DNA of 64,000 bases, from positions 1,597 to 65,596 of the forward strand of contig JAGXON010000004.1 in NCBI GenBank assembly GCA_023659865.1. Direction: 5' to 3'. The notes under the pieces are model-generated. The model made no database searches. It was not told where the DNA came from and saw nothing but the letters and a program-made list of their open reading frames with translations. Source of the stretch: Candidatus Diapherotrites archaeon LH_S9 (GTDB lineage Archaea; B1Sed10-29; WALL01; JAGXON01). How positions within the stretch are numbered: position 1 is the first letter of the stretch; every line of letters starts with the position of its first letter. The position numbers and the translations under genes were made by a program. Below are positions 49,033 through 58,720 of the stretch, in pieces.

Positions 49033-50262
49033 TTGGATAATGGGGGAATACTATTGAGTGACGATATTTTTGAGACAGAGGTTACAAGGGAGACCATTTT
49101 TGAGGACAGAGACGTACTAAGCCCTCACTACATACCCGACAAACTACCTCACCGAGAAAAACAGATAGAAAGAATAATGGAAATACTTGCGCCAGCACTG
49201 TCGCACAAGAGGCCTAGTAACTTGTTCATTTACGGAAAAACAGGTTCTGGTAAAACAGTTTGCAGTAAAAGAGTTCTGCAAAAACTTAACTCGGTTAAAG
49301 AAAAGTACGATGCAGACGTGGAAGACGTTTACACCAACTGCCGAGTTCACAACACCAGGTACCAGGTGTTCACAAAAACTGCTGAAGCAGTGTTCCCGGA
49401 CGAGGACTTCCGAGGCTATTCCTCAACGCACCTGTACGACAAGATGCTTGACTACATCGAGGACAAGAACCTCACCTTCATATTCGTTCTGGACGAACTT
49501 GACAAAGTCAAAGACCTCGACGACCTCATCTACACTTTGACCAGAGCTAACGATGACCTGAACCAAGGAAGAGTAGTGATAATCGGGATTTCGAACAGAG
49601 TCACGTTCAAGGAAAAACTTGACCCGAGAAGCAAAAGCACTTTATGTCAAGAAGAAATGGTTTTCCCACCGTACAACGCGGAAGAACTTCACTCAATCCT
49701 CGAAGAAAGAGCTGAAGAAGGATTCAAACAAGGAATGTTCAAAGACTCAGCCATAGCTTCTGCATCAGCTTTCGCAGCTAACGAGTCAGGCGACGCCAGG
49801 TACGCTCTAAAGCTGTTGATTAAAGCAGGTGAAATAGCTGACAAGAAAGCTGAGCCAGTGACCGACGATCACGTTCAGGAAGCTCGTAGCGCAGTAGAAA
49901 AAGAAATCGTTTTCGACTTGATCGAATCACTTCCCGAGCACCAGGGAATCGTTTTGCAGGCCGTGGCCTCTCTTTCCAAGGAGGGCGGTAAGTACTCGAA
50001 GCTCGTTAAAACTGACGAGGAGGATGCGGACAAAGTTCTTTTTTCAGGAGAAGTCTACGATCGTTACGATAAACTGTGCAGGGACTGGAGCAAAAAGCCT
50101 CGTAGCTCAAGATGGTTCAGAGAGTACTTGAATGAACTGGAAATGCTTGGATTGATAACAACCAACATCTCAGGCAAAGGCGTTCGAGGCAACACTAGAC
50201 TCATCAGATTGTCTTTTCCTCCGGACGAGGTAAAAGAAGCCGTGGAAGAAAAGTTCAAGTGA
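49033..50262 (+). CDS. cdc6: Orc1/Cdc6 replication initiator
   Basis: LPHRE, GKTGSGKT, LDELD, LDPRSKS, FPPYNAEEL, GDAR, C-terminal wHTH with GVRGNTR. Confidence 0.96.
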   Translation: MDNGGILLSDDIFETEVTRETIFEDRDVLSPHYIPDKLPHREKQIERIMEILAPALSHKRPSNLFIYGKTGSGKTVCSKRVLQKLNSVKEKYDADVEDVYTNCRVHNTRYQVFTKTAEAVFPDEDFRGYSSTHLYDKMLDYIEDKNLTFIFVLDELDKVKDLDDLIYTLTRANDDLNQGRVVIIGISNRVTFKEKLDPRSKSTLCQEEMVFPPYNAEELHSILEERAEEGFKQGMFKDSAIASASAFAANESGDARYALKLLIKAGEIADKKAEPVTDDHVQEARSAVEKEIVFDLIESLPEHQGIVLQAVASLSKEGGKYSKLVKTDEEDADKVLFSGEVYDRYDKLCRDWSKKPRSSRWFREYLNELEMLGLITTNISGKGVRGNTRLIRLSFPPDEVKEAVEEKFK

Positions 50263-50264
50263 AT

Positions 50265-50618
50265 CTAGCAAGTTGAGTGAATCACGGCGGTCACAACGGA
50301 CTTGTCTTCTTGATCGTTGTATAACTGGATTGCTTTCGGTGACTTCGCAGTCAATAAATTTATTTCTTTTCCTTCCAATAGTTTTTTCGAGTCTTCACTA
50401 ACTTCCAGTTTACCGTACTGGCCGGTGCCAACGATCAGCAGTTCGGTGTTGTCGTCGATGTGTCTGTTTGTTTCTTTTGTTTCAATCAGGTGGTTTTCTG
50501 GTCTGTAGCCTCTTTCTTTTGCTTTTCCGTTGGTTCTGATTTCGAGGTCTTCGTTCCATTCTTTGTTGTTGAACACGATTTTTCCGAAGCTTGCTTCCTG
50601 GAATTCAGGCATTTTCAT
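50265..50618 (-). CDS. Mth938-like domain protein
   Basis: FGKI, LIVGTGQYG, AIQLYN, IHSTC. Confidence 0.9.
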   Translation of the reverse strand: MKMPEFQEASFGKIVFNNKEWNEDLEIRTNGKAKERGYRPENHLIETKETNRHIDDNTELLIVGTGQYGKLEVSEDSKKLLEGKEINLLTAKSPKAIQLYNDQEDKSVVTAVIHSTC

Positions 50619-50709
50619 CCTCTACTCCTTAAATTCTTTTCTTCCTTTTAACTTTTCGTTTTTTCGAAATGAAAGAGTGCAATGTGGTGCATCATAACGA
50701 TGGACACCT

Positions 50710-51198
50710 CTAAAGACTGATTTTGCTCTCTTCTTTAAGCGTAGAAAGAGCGGCTATACCATTCACCTTGATGACTCTTCCTTTACCAGTCTTTATTATA
50801 CCTTCTCTAGCAACTTCATAGTACTCATCCTGATCCTTGGCTTTTATCTTGACCAGAAGCTCCCACTCGCCGGTAAGAGTGTGCACTTCCTGGATTGCTG
50901 GATGGCTGAACGCGATTTTTTCTCCCAGATCCTCATCGAATTCGAAGTCTTCCTCCTTCTCAGGATACTTCAGCTTCACTAGCGCAAAATAAGTCATTCC
51001 CTTGCCTGCTTTCTTTGGATTAACTTTTGCATTGTAGCCTTCAATCACATTTTTTTCCTCCAACTTCTTTATTCTGGAATGCACTGTAGATGAAGGGACG
51101 TCAAGCGCTTCAGCGATCTTTTTAACTTTCGGGGAGCACGTGTCCCCATTCTGTGCTAGGTTCAAAATACTTTTATCTAAGTCATCAAGCTCCGTCAT
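50710..51198 (-). CDS. Lrp/AsnC transcriptional regulator
   Basis: LDDLDKSIL, STVHSRIKKLEE..VIEGY, LTGEWELLVK. Confidence 0.92.
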   Translation of the reverse strand: MTELDDLDKSILNLAQNGDTCSPKVKKIAEALDVPSSTVHSRIKKLEEKNVIEGYNAKVNPKKAGKGMTYFALVKLKYPEKEEDFEFDEDLGEKIAFSHPAIQEVHTLTGEWELLVKIKAKDQDEYYEVAREGIIKTGKGRVIKVNGIAALSTLKEESKISL

Positions 51199-51407
51199 AA
51201 AATCACTTTATTGTTTTTTATTCAGGAAGTATATAACTTTTTGGATATCGTCCTTGTGATCGTAAATCCTACTGGATCACGATGATTTCTGAATTTTGTT
51301 TCCACCTTATTTAGGACATTTGTCGAAACAAAAAAATATAATCCGAATAATTTCTATTATAGTGTATGACATATGATTTTGAATGCTTATCGTATATTTC
51401 TGTCAGG

Positions 51408-51467
51408 AATTGATTTATTTTCTGGATGATACTCAAAAATTGATTTGTTTTTTGGATAACACCCAAA
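51408..51467. repeat. Intergenic tandem 30-bp repeat x2
   Basis: aattgatttattttctggatgatactcaaa / aattgatttgttttttggataacacccaaa, 25/30 identical. Confidence 0.75.
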
Positions 51468-51544
51468 CCTTTTTAAGTATGGGGTAGCGTAATGAGTATT
51501 GCTGGGTGGGCTTTTGACTAAGCCTCATTGGTGGAACCAGTTTG

Positions 51545-51582
51545 GGGGAAGAAAAGCTGTTTTCATGGTTTTTCTTCCCTCC
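51545..51582. terminator. Stem-loop just downstream of the 51605 gene
   Basis: gggaagaaaa...ttttcttccc inverted repeat. Confidence 0.35.
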
Positions 51583-51604
51583 GCTTTCTCAATTTTTTGC
51601 TCGT

Positions 51605-52696
51605 TCAGCTTAGTTTCTCTTTCTTTATCTGTTCCTTTAATTGTTTTTTAAGGACGCTCACGTAGTTCTCGAGCAAGGTGCTTTTCATTCCTCCAGGCAG
51701 TTTATGGAGAGGTTCATCGATTTCATCAATTTTTTTCATGTACTTCTTTTCTCTTTCTTTCATTTGTTTTTTCCAATCTTCTTTTTTAGATAATCTTCCC
51801 GCCTCTTTTTTGATGAAATCCTGGAACTCTGGGTCTCGCTCAATAACTTCCTCCCAAACTTCTTTCAATTGTATTACTGCTGCTCTTCCGCCTCCTCCTC
51901 TTCCGTACTTCTTAAGCAATTTCCTTTCCTTTTTCCTAAGTTTCTTCAATTCTTTCTCAGTCAATTCATGCTTGGTCTCCCCAATCTCTTTCTCCGTGCT
52001 TTTCTTCACGATCAAGCCAACAATTACTGCAGCAAAAAGCGCTAGAAGGATGCCAGCTCCAATCAAAGGCCACTGATACTTCCGGTAAAACGGAACCATG
52101 TAACTCGTGGTCAGGGTCTGAATGTTCTTGTTGTCTCCAGGGTCTTTAGCCACGATTTTTAGTTGGTTTTCTCCTTCTTTTAACTCGTAGTTGAATGTGA
52201 AGCTCCCGTCTTCATCAGCCTTGCCAAGTTCTTTTTCGTTCACAAGGATGGTTGTCCGGCATTTTTTGGATTGATTGCACTCAATCGCAGGGTCCGTCCG
52301 GCCGCTGATTTCTATTATTTTCTGATTGTTCTCGTCTGGAATAGGGTCCGGCTCTAGTTGTGTAGTGTTGTCCCAGGACACGACTTTAAAGGTGTTCGGG
52401 AGATCGTAGCCTGACGGTAGGCTTCCCGTTATCCCCCATATATTTTTGCTTTTCTCTTCTTGGAGAACTAGGAGTTTTTGGGAACTAGGAGTTAAATTGA
52501 ATTCTTTTTCATGGGTTTTAGCGTTTATAGTGACATTGAAAGCACTATGACCTCTTGCGCTAGTTTGAGTCCTGATGCTGTCAGGTCTTTGTCGTACGGT
52601 GATTGAAAAATCGTTTTTTTGGAGTGCGGGTTCTTGCACTGCTAGGGCTGAAGGTATTAGTATTAGTGCTGTGAGTAGTAGCCAGGCTTTTTTCAT
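51605..52696 (-). CDS. Type I membrane protein with extracellular Ig-like domain and charged cytoplasmic tail
   Basis: Signal peptide; ISGRTDP...DGSFTF..LKEGEN..IVAKDPGDN; TM; K/E-rich tail. Confidence 0.75.
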   Translation of the reverse strand: MKKAWLLLTALILIPSALAVQEPALQKNDFSITVRQRPDSIRTQTSARGHSAFNVTINAKTHEKEFNLTPSSQKLLVLQEEKSKNIWGITGSLPSGYDLPNTFKVVSWDNTTQLEPDPIPDENNQKIIEISGRTDPAIECNQSKKCRTTILVNEKELGKADEDGSFTFNYELKEGENQLKIVAKDPGDNKNIQTLTTSYMVPFYRKYQWPLIGAGILLALFAAVIVGLIVKKSTEKEIGETKHELTEKELKKLRKKERKLLKKYGRGGGGRAAVIQLKEVWEEVIERDPEFQDFIKKEAGRLSKKEDWKKQMKEREKKYMKKIDEIDEPLHKLPGGMKSTLLENYVSVLKKQLKEQIKKEKLS

Positions 52697-52722
52697 TGGT
52701 TCACTAAAAACAGTTGTTTGTT

Positions 52723-55323
52723 TTAAAGTTTTTTTCTGGTTATGGTGTAGAGGGTTGCGAGAAGTATTGTTAGTGTTGTTAGTAGGATTGTTGGTGTGTT
52801 TGTTTTTTGTTTTTGGGTTGTTTTGCCTGTGATGCTTGCTTTTTGTTTTTCTTGTTTTTGTTTTATTTGTTGTAGTTTTTGTATGGTTTTTTGTTTTGTT
52901 TTTGGTTTTTCTGTTTGTTTGGTGGTTTGTTTGTTTTCTTGTGTTTTTTCTTGTGTTGTTGTTTTGTTTTGTTTGGGTTTGTGGTTTGTTTGTTTTTGGG
53001 CTTCTTCACTTGTTGTTTTGTTTGGGTTTGTGTTTGTTGGTGTTCTGCTTGTGCTGCTGCTTGTGCTTGTGCCGCTTGTGCTGGTTGAGCTTGTAGTGGT
53101 TGTGCTTGTGCTGCTTGTGCTTGTGCTGTTGCTTTTGGTGCTTGTTTTTGTGTTGGTTTCAGTGTTTTCTTCTGTCTCTGTGTGTTTTTGTGGGGGTTTG
53201 ACTGGGTTGGTTAGTGGGATTTGTTTTTTGTTTTTTGTTTTGGTTGTGTGTTTTTTGTAGCATGGGAATACTATTTTGTTGGTTTTGGTGAATGTTCCGT
53301 TGTTTAGGCGTTTGTAGCAGGTGCCGCGTTTTGGCATGTGTTTGCATGGTCCTTTTGTAGAGGTTTTTGTGGTGAGTTTGTTGTTGTAGCATTGTTGTTT
53401 GGCTTCTGTTGCTGTGAGGTCGGTTGTGTATATTTCTCCGTATTTTTTTTGTTGTCTGTTGTCTGTCGCTCCTAATATTTCTGGCGGTCGATACGTCATA
53501 TTCAGGTTCCATTTGTATGTGGTTCCCGAGTTTTGGTCCCAGATGTCCCAGGTGTAGTCGTCGTAGTTCCCTGCTGAGATGTTCCAGAAGTATGCTGGTA
53601 GATCGTCTGGAGTTACTAGTTCTGTCCAGGGGTAGTCTTTCCATCCTTTTGCCCACATTGTGAGGTTGGTTCTTACTGTGTCTGGTTCTAGGTCTTCTTC
53701 GTTGAGGTTGCCTACTTCTGATATGATGTGGAATGTTGTTCCTGTTGTGATTGTGTCTGGTGCGTATACTCCGTGCCATAGCCATGTGTAGGTGGAGTTT
53801 ATGTACGCGCTTGTGTTGTCTTCTTCTCCGGAGTTGTCGTTGTCGTCTTGTGCTTTTATGTGTAGGGTTTGGTTTGTTTCGGGTATGTTTGTGAATGTTA
53901 GGATCCATTTCGAGTTGTTTTCTGTGCTTGTTAGGTTGGAGATGTTTATTGATTGCCAGTTGCTTTCGTCGTAGGCGTAGTCTACTTGTGCCATTGCTGA
54001 GTCGTTTGTGAAGGTGACTGTGATGTTGTCGTCGTAGTAGTAGTTGTCGTTTGGATTCGTGTCGTTTTCGTAGTTCCAGTTCCCGTACCCTCCGTTTTCT
54101 ATAAAGTTTTGAGTGTAGTTTGCGTCCAAAATCGTGATGTTTGGTCCAACAGAGTTTTCAATAAAGTACACCCATGCTTTATCCCCTATGTTTCCTGCTT
54201 TGTCTACTGCTTTAACTTTTGTGGTGTGGTTCCCGTCTCTAAGTGATACTGGGTATGGTTGTAGGCAGGGGAAATCACTGTTGTTTGCCCAGCTTCCGTT
54301 ATCTCTTTTTACTAGGTAGTATGCTAGGTCAGGATCGTTCCTACTTTTGTTACACTCTCCTCCTGCAAGAGAGTCAGTGCTATTCCAGTTAGGGTCAGCA
54401 CTTGAATATGTACTTCCATTCTCTGGATCGATGATTGTTACGTTTATAGTGCTGGAATCTTTTTCGTAGTTGTATGGTTTTGTTGTGTTGGTTTGGGGTT
54501 GTGTGGGGATGTCGTTTGTGGCTTTGAGTTTTATTGTTCCTGTTGGGTTTATTGTGATGTTTGTTGCTGTGCAGTTTCCGTTTGTGTAGTTTGTGTTGTT
54601 CCATGTGCTTTCGTTGTCTACTGTGTATTCGCATGATTTTATTCCGGTTTGTGGGTCTGTGGTTTTTGCTGTGATGTTTAGTTGGGGTGAGTGTTGTGGG
54701 TCTGGTAGTATCCAGGTGGTGTTGTTTTTGTAGCCTTCTGAGAATTGTATGTTTTGGAATTGTGGTGGTGTTTCGTCTATTTGGAATTTTCTTGTTCTGT
54801 TTCCCCAGCCGTTTGTGTTGTTGCATGCTATATGGATTTCGTGTTCTTCTGGTGGGGTGTAGTCGATTGGGTTTGTTAGTTGGGTGGTGTTGCTTGTGTT
54901 TGTGTTTATTGTTCCTATTTCTGTCCAGTTGCCGTTGTTAACTTGGTATTGGCAGTAGGTTGTGTTTGAGTTGTCGTCTGTTGGTGTGAAGGTGAAGTTG
55001 GTGACGTTGCGGTACCATTGGTTTTTTGGGTGGTCTATGGTGATTGTTGGTGTTGGTGCGTTGATTGAGACGGTGATGTTGTCTATTAGTATTCTTCCTC
55101 CTTTTTTGTAGGTGTCTCCGCATTTTCCTTCTGTGTCGCAGGCTCTTGCGTATAGTGTGTGGTTTCCGTTGTTTAGTTGGGTGAAGTTGTGTGTTTTGTT
55201 TGTGGTGTTTTCCCAGGTTGTGGTGTCTTTTTTGGTTTGGTAGTGTTGTATGTCGTTTGCTGTTGAGTTGTATTTTATTTCGATCCATGTTTCATTGGTT
55301 TTGTAGTTGTTTGTTGGTGAGGT
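52723..55323 (-). pseudogene. C-terminal part of the split surface glycoprotein (Ig-like domains, S/T linker, TM anchor)
   Basis: Frame of ORF 52723..54171 continues through repeat copy 1; shares YFIENSVG with the upstream ORF; no signal peptide of its own. Confidence 0.7.
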
Positions 55324-56564
55324 CTTAGTACGTCTCTGTCCTCAAAAAACCAATGGTACCGCAACGTCACCAACTTCACCTTCACACCAACAGAGTTTTC
55401 AATAAAGTACACCCATGCTTTATCCCCTATGTTTCCTGCTTTGTCTACTGCTTTAACTTTTGTGGTGTGGTTCCCGTCTCTAAGTGATACTGGGTATGGT
55501 TGTAGGCAGGGGAAATCACTGTTGTTTGCCCAGCTTCCGTTATCTCTTTTTACTAGGTAGTATGCTAGGTCAGGATCGTTCCTACTTTTGTTACACTCTC
55601 CTCCTGCAAGAGAGTCAGTGCTATTCCAGTTAGGGTCAGCACTTGAATATGTACTTCCATTCTCTGGATCGATGATTGTTACGTTTATAGTGCTGGAATC
55701 TTTTTCGTAGTTGTATGGTTTTGTTGTGTTGGTTTGGGGTTGTGTGGGGATGTCGTTTGTGGCTTTGAGTTTTATTGTTCCTGTTGGGTTTATTGTGATG
55801 TTTGTTGCTGTGCAGTTTCCGTTTGTGTAGTTTGTGTTGTTCCATGTGCTTTCGTTGTCTACTGTGTATTCGCATGATTTTATTCCGGTTTGTGGGTCTG
55901 TGGTTTTTGCTGTGATGTTTAGTTGGGGTGAGTGTTGTGGGTCTGGTAGTATCCAGGTGGTGTTGTTTTTGTAGCCTTCTGAGAATTGTATGTTTTGGAA
56001 TTGTGGTGGTGTTTCGTCTATTTGGAATTTTCTTGTTCTGTTTCCCCAGCCGTTTGTGTTGTTGCATGCTATATGGATTTCGTGTTCTTCTGGTGGGGTG
56101 TAGTCGATTGGGTTTGTTAGTTGGGTGGTGTTGCTTGTGTTTGTGTTTATTGTTCCTATTTCTGTCCAGTTGCCGTTGTTAACTTGGTATTGGCAGTAGG
56201 TTGTGTTTGAGTTGTCGTCTGTTGGTGTGAAGGTGAAGTTGGTGACGTTGCGGTACCATTGGTTTTTTGGGTGGTCTATGGTGATTGTTGGTGTTGGTGC
56301 GTTGATTGAGACGGTGATGTTGTCTATTAGTATTCTTCCTCCTTTTTTGTAGGTGTCTCCGCATTTTCCTTCTGTGTCGCAGGCTCTTGCGTATAGTGTG
56401 TGGTTTCCGTTGTTTAGTTGGGTGAAGTTGTGTGTTTTGTTTGTGGTGTTTTCCCAGGTTGTGGTGTCTTTTTTGGTTTGGTAGTGTTGTATGTCGTTTG
56501 CTGTTGAGTTGTATTTTATTTCGATCCATGTTTCATTGGTTTTGTAGTTGTTTGTTGGTGAGGT
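54146..56564. repeat. Tandem duplication, 2 x 1178 bp with a 63-bp templated junction
   Basis: 54146-55323 = 55387-56564 (offset 1241); shadow ORFs in the two copies translate identically; no differences in the stretches compared by eye. Confidence 0.95.
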
Positions 56565-58622
56565 GATGTTTATGTCTGGTGCTTGTGTGTTTACTGTGAT
56601 TGTTATGTTTTTTTCGGGTCCTGTGTTTCCTGCTTTGTCTGTTGGTTTTGCGTGGATGGTGTATGTTCCGTCTGCGAGTGTTATGGTGTGTGTTCCGTTT
56701 CCTGTTGTTTCGTTTGCTGTGTTTTTTTGCCATTCTGAGTTGTTTATTTTGATTTCTGCGTAGTCTGGGTTTTCGTCGTTTATTGTGTAGTTTGTTTTTA
56801 TTGTGTTGGTTGTGTTGAATTTGGTTCCGTCTTTTGGTGCGGTTATGTTGATTGTTGGGGGTGTGAGGTCTACTTTTTGTTCTATTTTTGTTGTGTTGAA
56901 TGCGTAGATGAGTCCTCCTTGGGTTGTTGATATGTAGAGTTTGTTTTTGTTTATTATTGGTGTTTGTTGTGTCCATCCGTCTAGTGGGTGTTCCCAGAGG
57001 TTTTTCCCGCTGTTTTGGTTTATTGCTTGTAGTTTTCCTTGTCCGTTGGTTATGTAGATTAGTTGGTTTTTGATTTTTGGTGTGGATAGGATCCAGTTGT
57101 GGTTTCCGGTGTTTTCCTCGGTGTAGTTCCAGATTTGTTTGTGGGTTGTCATGTTGATGGCGTGGAGTTTTCCTCCGTTTTGGGTTGGGTTGCCTTTGGT
57201 TCCTATGTAGAGGGTGTTGTTGGTTATGGTTGGGTTTCCGAGGATTGATCCGGTTTTGTATTTCCATAGTTTTTTGCCGTTGGTTTTGTTGAATGCGTAT
57301 ACTCCGTCTGCGCATGCGATGATTGTGTTGTTCAGTACTATTGGTTTTGCGTCTATCCAGTTATAGTCTGTTTTTCCGTTCCAGATTGTTTCTAGTGTTG
57401 TGGCGTTTAGGGCGTGGATTTTGCTTCTTCTTCCTCCTACGTACACTATTCCGTTTTCTACTACGGCTTCTGAGTATCCTCTGATTCCTTTTCTTGTTTT
57501 TAGTTTTTCTCCGTTGGTTTTGTTTATTTTGTAGAATTTTGGTGCGGTTCTTGATGCGGTTTCAATGTATAGGTTGTCTCCGTTTATTGTGGGGCGTGTT
57601 TTTCCTTTTGAGAGGGTTGTGTTCCATAAGTATTTTTGGTTGGTTAGGTTTAGGGCGAATAGTATTCCGTCTGAGGTAGATTGGTATAGTACTCCTTCTT
57701 CTATCAACGGGTTGCCGTTTACTCCATCTGGTAAGTTGGTGGGCGCGCTTTTGTTCCATATGGTTTCTCCGTTGGTTTTGTTCAGGGCGTGTATGAGGTT
57801 GCTGTCTATTCTGGTTCCTACGTAGATTTTTTCTCCGTCGGACCCGAGATCGGGTTCTATTCTTCGTTTTATGTCTAGTTGTCTTCTCCATGTGATTGCG
57901 TCGCTTGATTCGTTGAGGGGTCGGGTCGTCGCGATTGCTATTGGCTGGCTTGTTTGTCCTCCTTCGTTGTCTATTATTCTTACAACGGCTCCGATTCCGT
58001 GACTGGAGTAGTCGGGTGTGGGGTTGTATTCGTGTGTTATTGTTGGTTCTGTGGTTGTTGTGGTGTTGTTTGGTGTTAGTTCCCATTTGTATTTGGTTAT
58101 GTTTCCGTCTGTGTCGTGTGAGTTGGTGGCGTTGAATAGGATTTTTTTCCAGGTTTTTTTGGTGGTTGTTATGTTTGGTATGGGTTTTATGTTTATGTTG
58201 TATGTTCTGTTTTCTGTGGTTTCGGTGGTTTGGTTTGTGTCGTGGCATTTGATGTTCCATTTTGTTGTGGTGTTTATTGTGGTGTTGTGGAAGATTTTGT
58301 TGTGTCCTTGTGTGGGGTTGGTTAGGGTTTTTTGGGTTTGTAGTGTGTTGTTGGTTTCGTTGGTTTGGAGTGTGCAGTTTTTGAGGGTTGTTTGGTTTGT
58401 TATGTTGAATGAGTATCTGGTTTGGTAGGTGTTGTTGTTTTTTAGCCATTGGTGGTTGATGTGTCTTGTGGTGTTGTTTTTTGGGTTTTTTAGGGTTATG
58501 TTGAGGTTGTTTGTGTTTGTTATTGTGTTTTTTGTGGTTTTTGCGGTTGCTGTTGCTGTTAGTGTTGTGAGAATGAGTACAACGGTTAGTACCAGGGTTT
58601 TCCCCCAGGACTTTTTCAGCAT
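55275..58622 (-). CDS. Surface glycoprotein N-terminal part: signal peptide, PKD domain, PQQ-like beta-propeller, Ig-like repeats
   Basis: FNATNSHDTDGNITKYKW (PKD), repeated (H/Y)ALN..TG...W (PQQ), DKAGN motifs; last ~35 aa derive from the junction. Confidence 0.85.
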   Translation of the reverse strand: MLKKSWGKTLVLTVVLILTTLTATATAKTTKNTITNTNNLNITLKNPKNNTTRHINHQWLKNNNTYQTRYSFNITNQTTLKNCTLQTNETNNTLQTQKTLTNPTQGHNKIFHNTTINTTTKWNIKCHDTNQTTETTENRTYNINIKPIPNITTTKKTWKKILFNATNSHDTDGNITKYKWELTPNNTTTTTEPTITHEYNPTPDYSSHGIGAVVRIIDNEGGQTSQPIAIATTRPLNESSDAITWRRQLDIKRRIEPDLGSDGEKIYVGTRIDSNLIHALNKTNGETIWNKSAPTNLPDGVNGNPLIEEGVLYQSTSDGILFALNLTNQKYLWNTTLSKGKTRPTINGDNLYIETASRTAPKFYKINKTNGEKLKTRKGIRGYSEAVVENGIVYVGGRRSKIHALNATTLETIWNGKTDYNWIDAKPIVLNNTIIACADGVYAFNKTNGKKLWKYKTGSILGNPTITNNTLYIGTKGNPTQNGGKLHAINMTTHKQIWNYTEENTGNHNWILSTPKIKNQLIYITNGQGKLQAINQNSGKNLWEHPLDGWTQQTPIINKNKLYISTTQGGLIYAFNTTKIEQKVDLTPPTINITAPKDGTKFNTTNTIKTNYTINDENPDYAEIKINNSEWQKNTANETTGNGTHTITLADGTYTIHAKPTDKAGNTGPEKNITITVNTQAPDINITSPTNNYKTNETWIEIKYNSTANDIQHYQTKKDTTTWENTTNKTHNFTQLNNGNHTLYARACDTEGKCGDTYKKGGRILIDNITVSINAPTPTITIDHPKNQWYRNVTNFTFTPTDDNSNTTYCQYQVNNGNWTEIGTINTNTSNTTQLTNPIDYTPPEEHEIHIACNNTNGWGNRTRKFQIDETPPQFQNIQFSEGYKNNTTWILPDPQHSPQLNITAKTTDPQTGIKSCEYTVDNESTWNNTNYTNGNCTATNITINPTGTIKLKATNDIPTQPQTNTTKPYNYEKDSSTINVTIIDPENGSTYSSADPNWNSTDSLAGGECNKSRNDPDLAYYLVKRDNGSWANNSDFPCLQPYPVSLRDGNHTTKVKAVDKAGNIGDKAWVYFIENSVGVKVKLVTLRYHWFFEDRDVLRPHQQTTTKPMKHGSK

Positions 58623-58720
58623 TTTTTCCCCCTCAACCTCATTTTTTTCCTTTAACCCTTATATGTGTTTATATTAGTTTAAAAACTTAGGGGGGAAATT
58701 AGAAACTGAAGAGTTACAAC

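Noticed and set aside
51408-51467. CRISPR mini-array
   Set aside because: Two directly abutting imperfect repeats, no spacer, no cas genes
53040-53150. gtgctt/gtgctg microsatellite as a contingency locus
   Set aside because: Imperfect in-frame repeats encoding an ordinary Ser/Thr linker
54146-56564. DGR template/variable repeat pair
   Set aside because: Copies appear identical with no adenine-specific mismatches, are far longer than TR/VR pairs, and no reverse transcriptase is in the window
52796-58677. Many + strand V/F/L/C-rich ORFs and alternative-frame H/Q/K/R-rich ORFs
   Set aside because: Shadow ORFs caused by stop-codon depletion in G/T-skewed DNA
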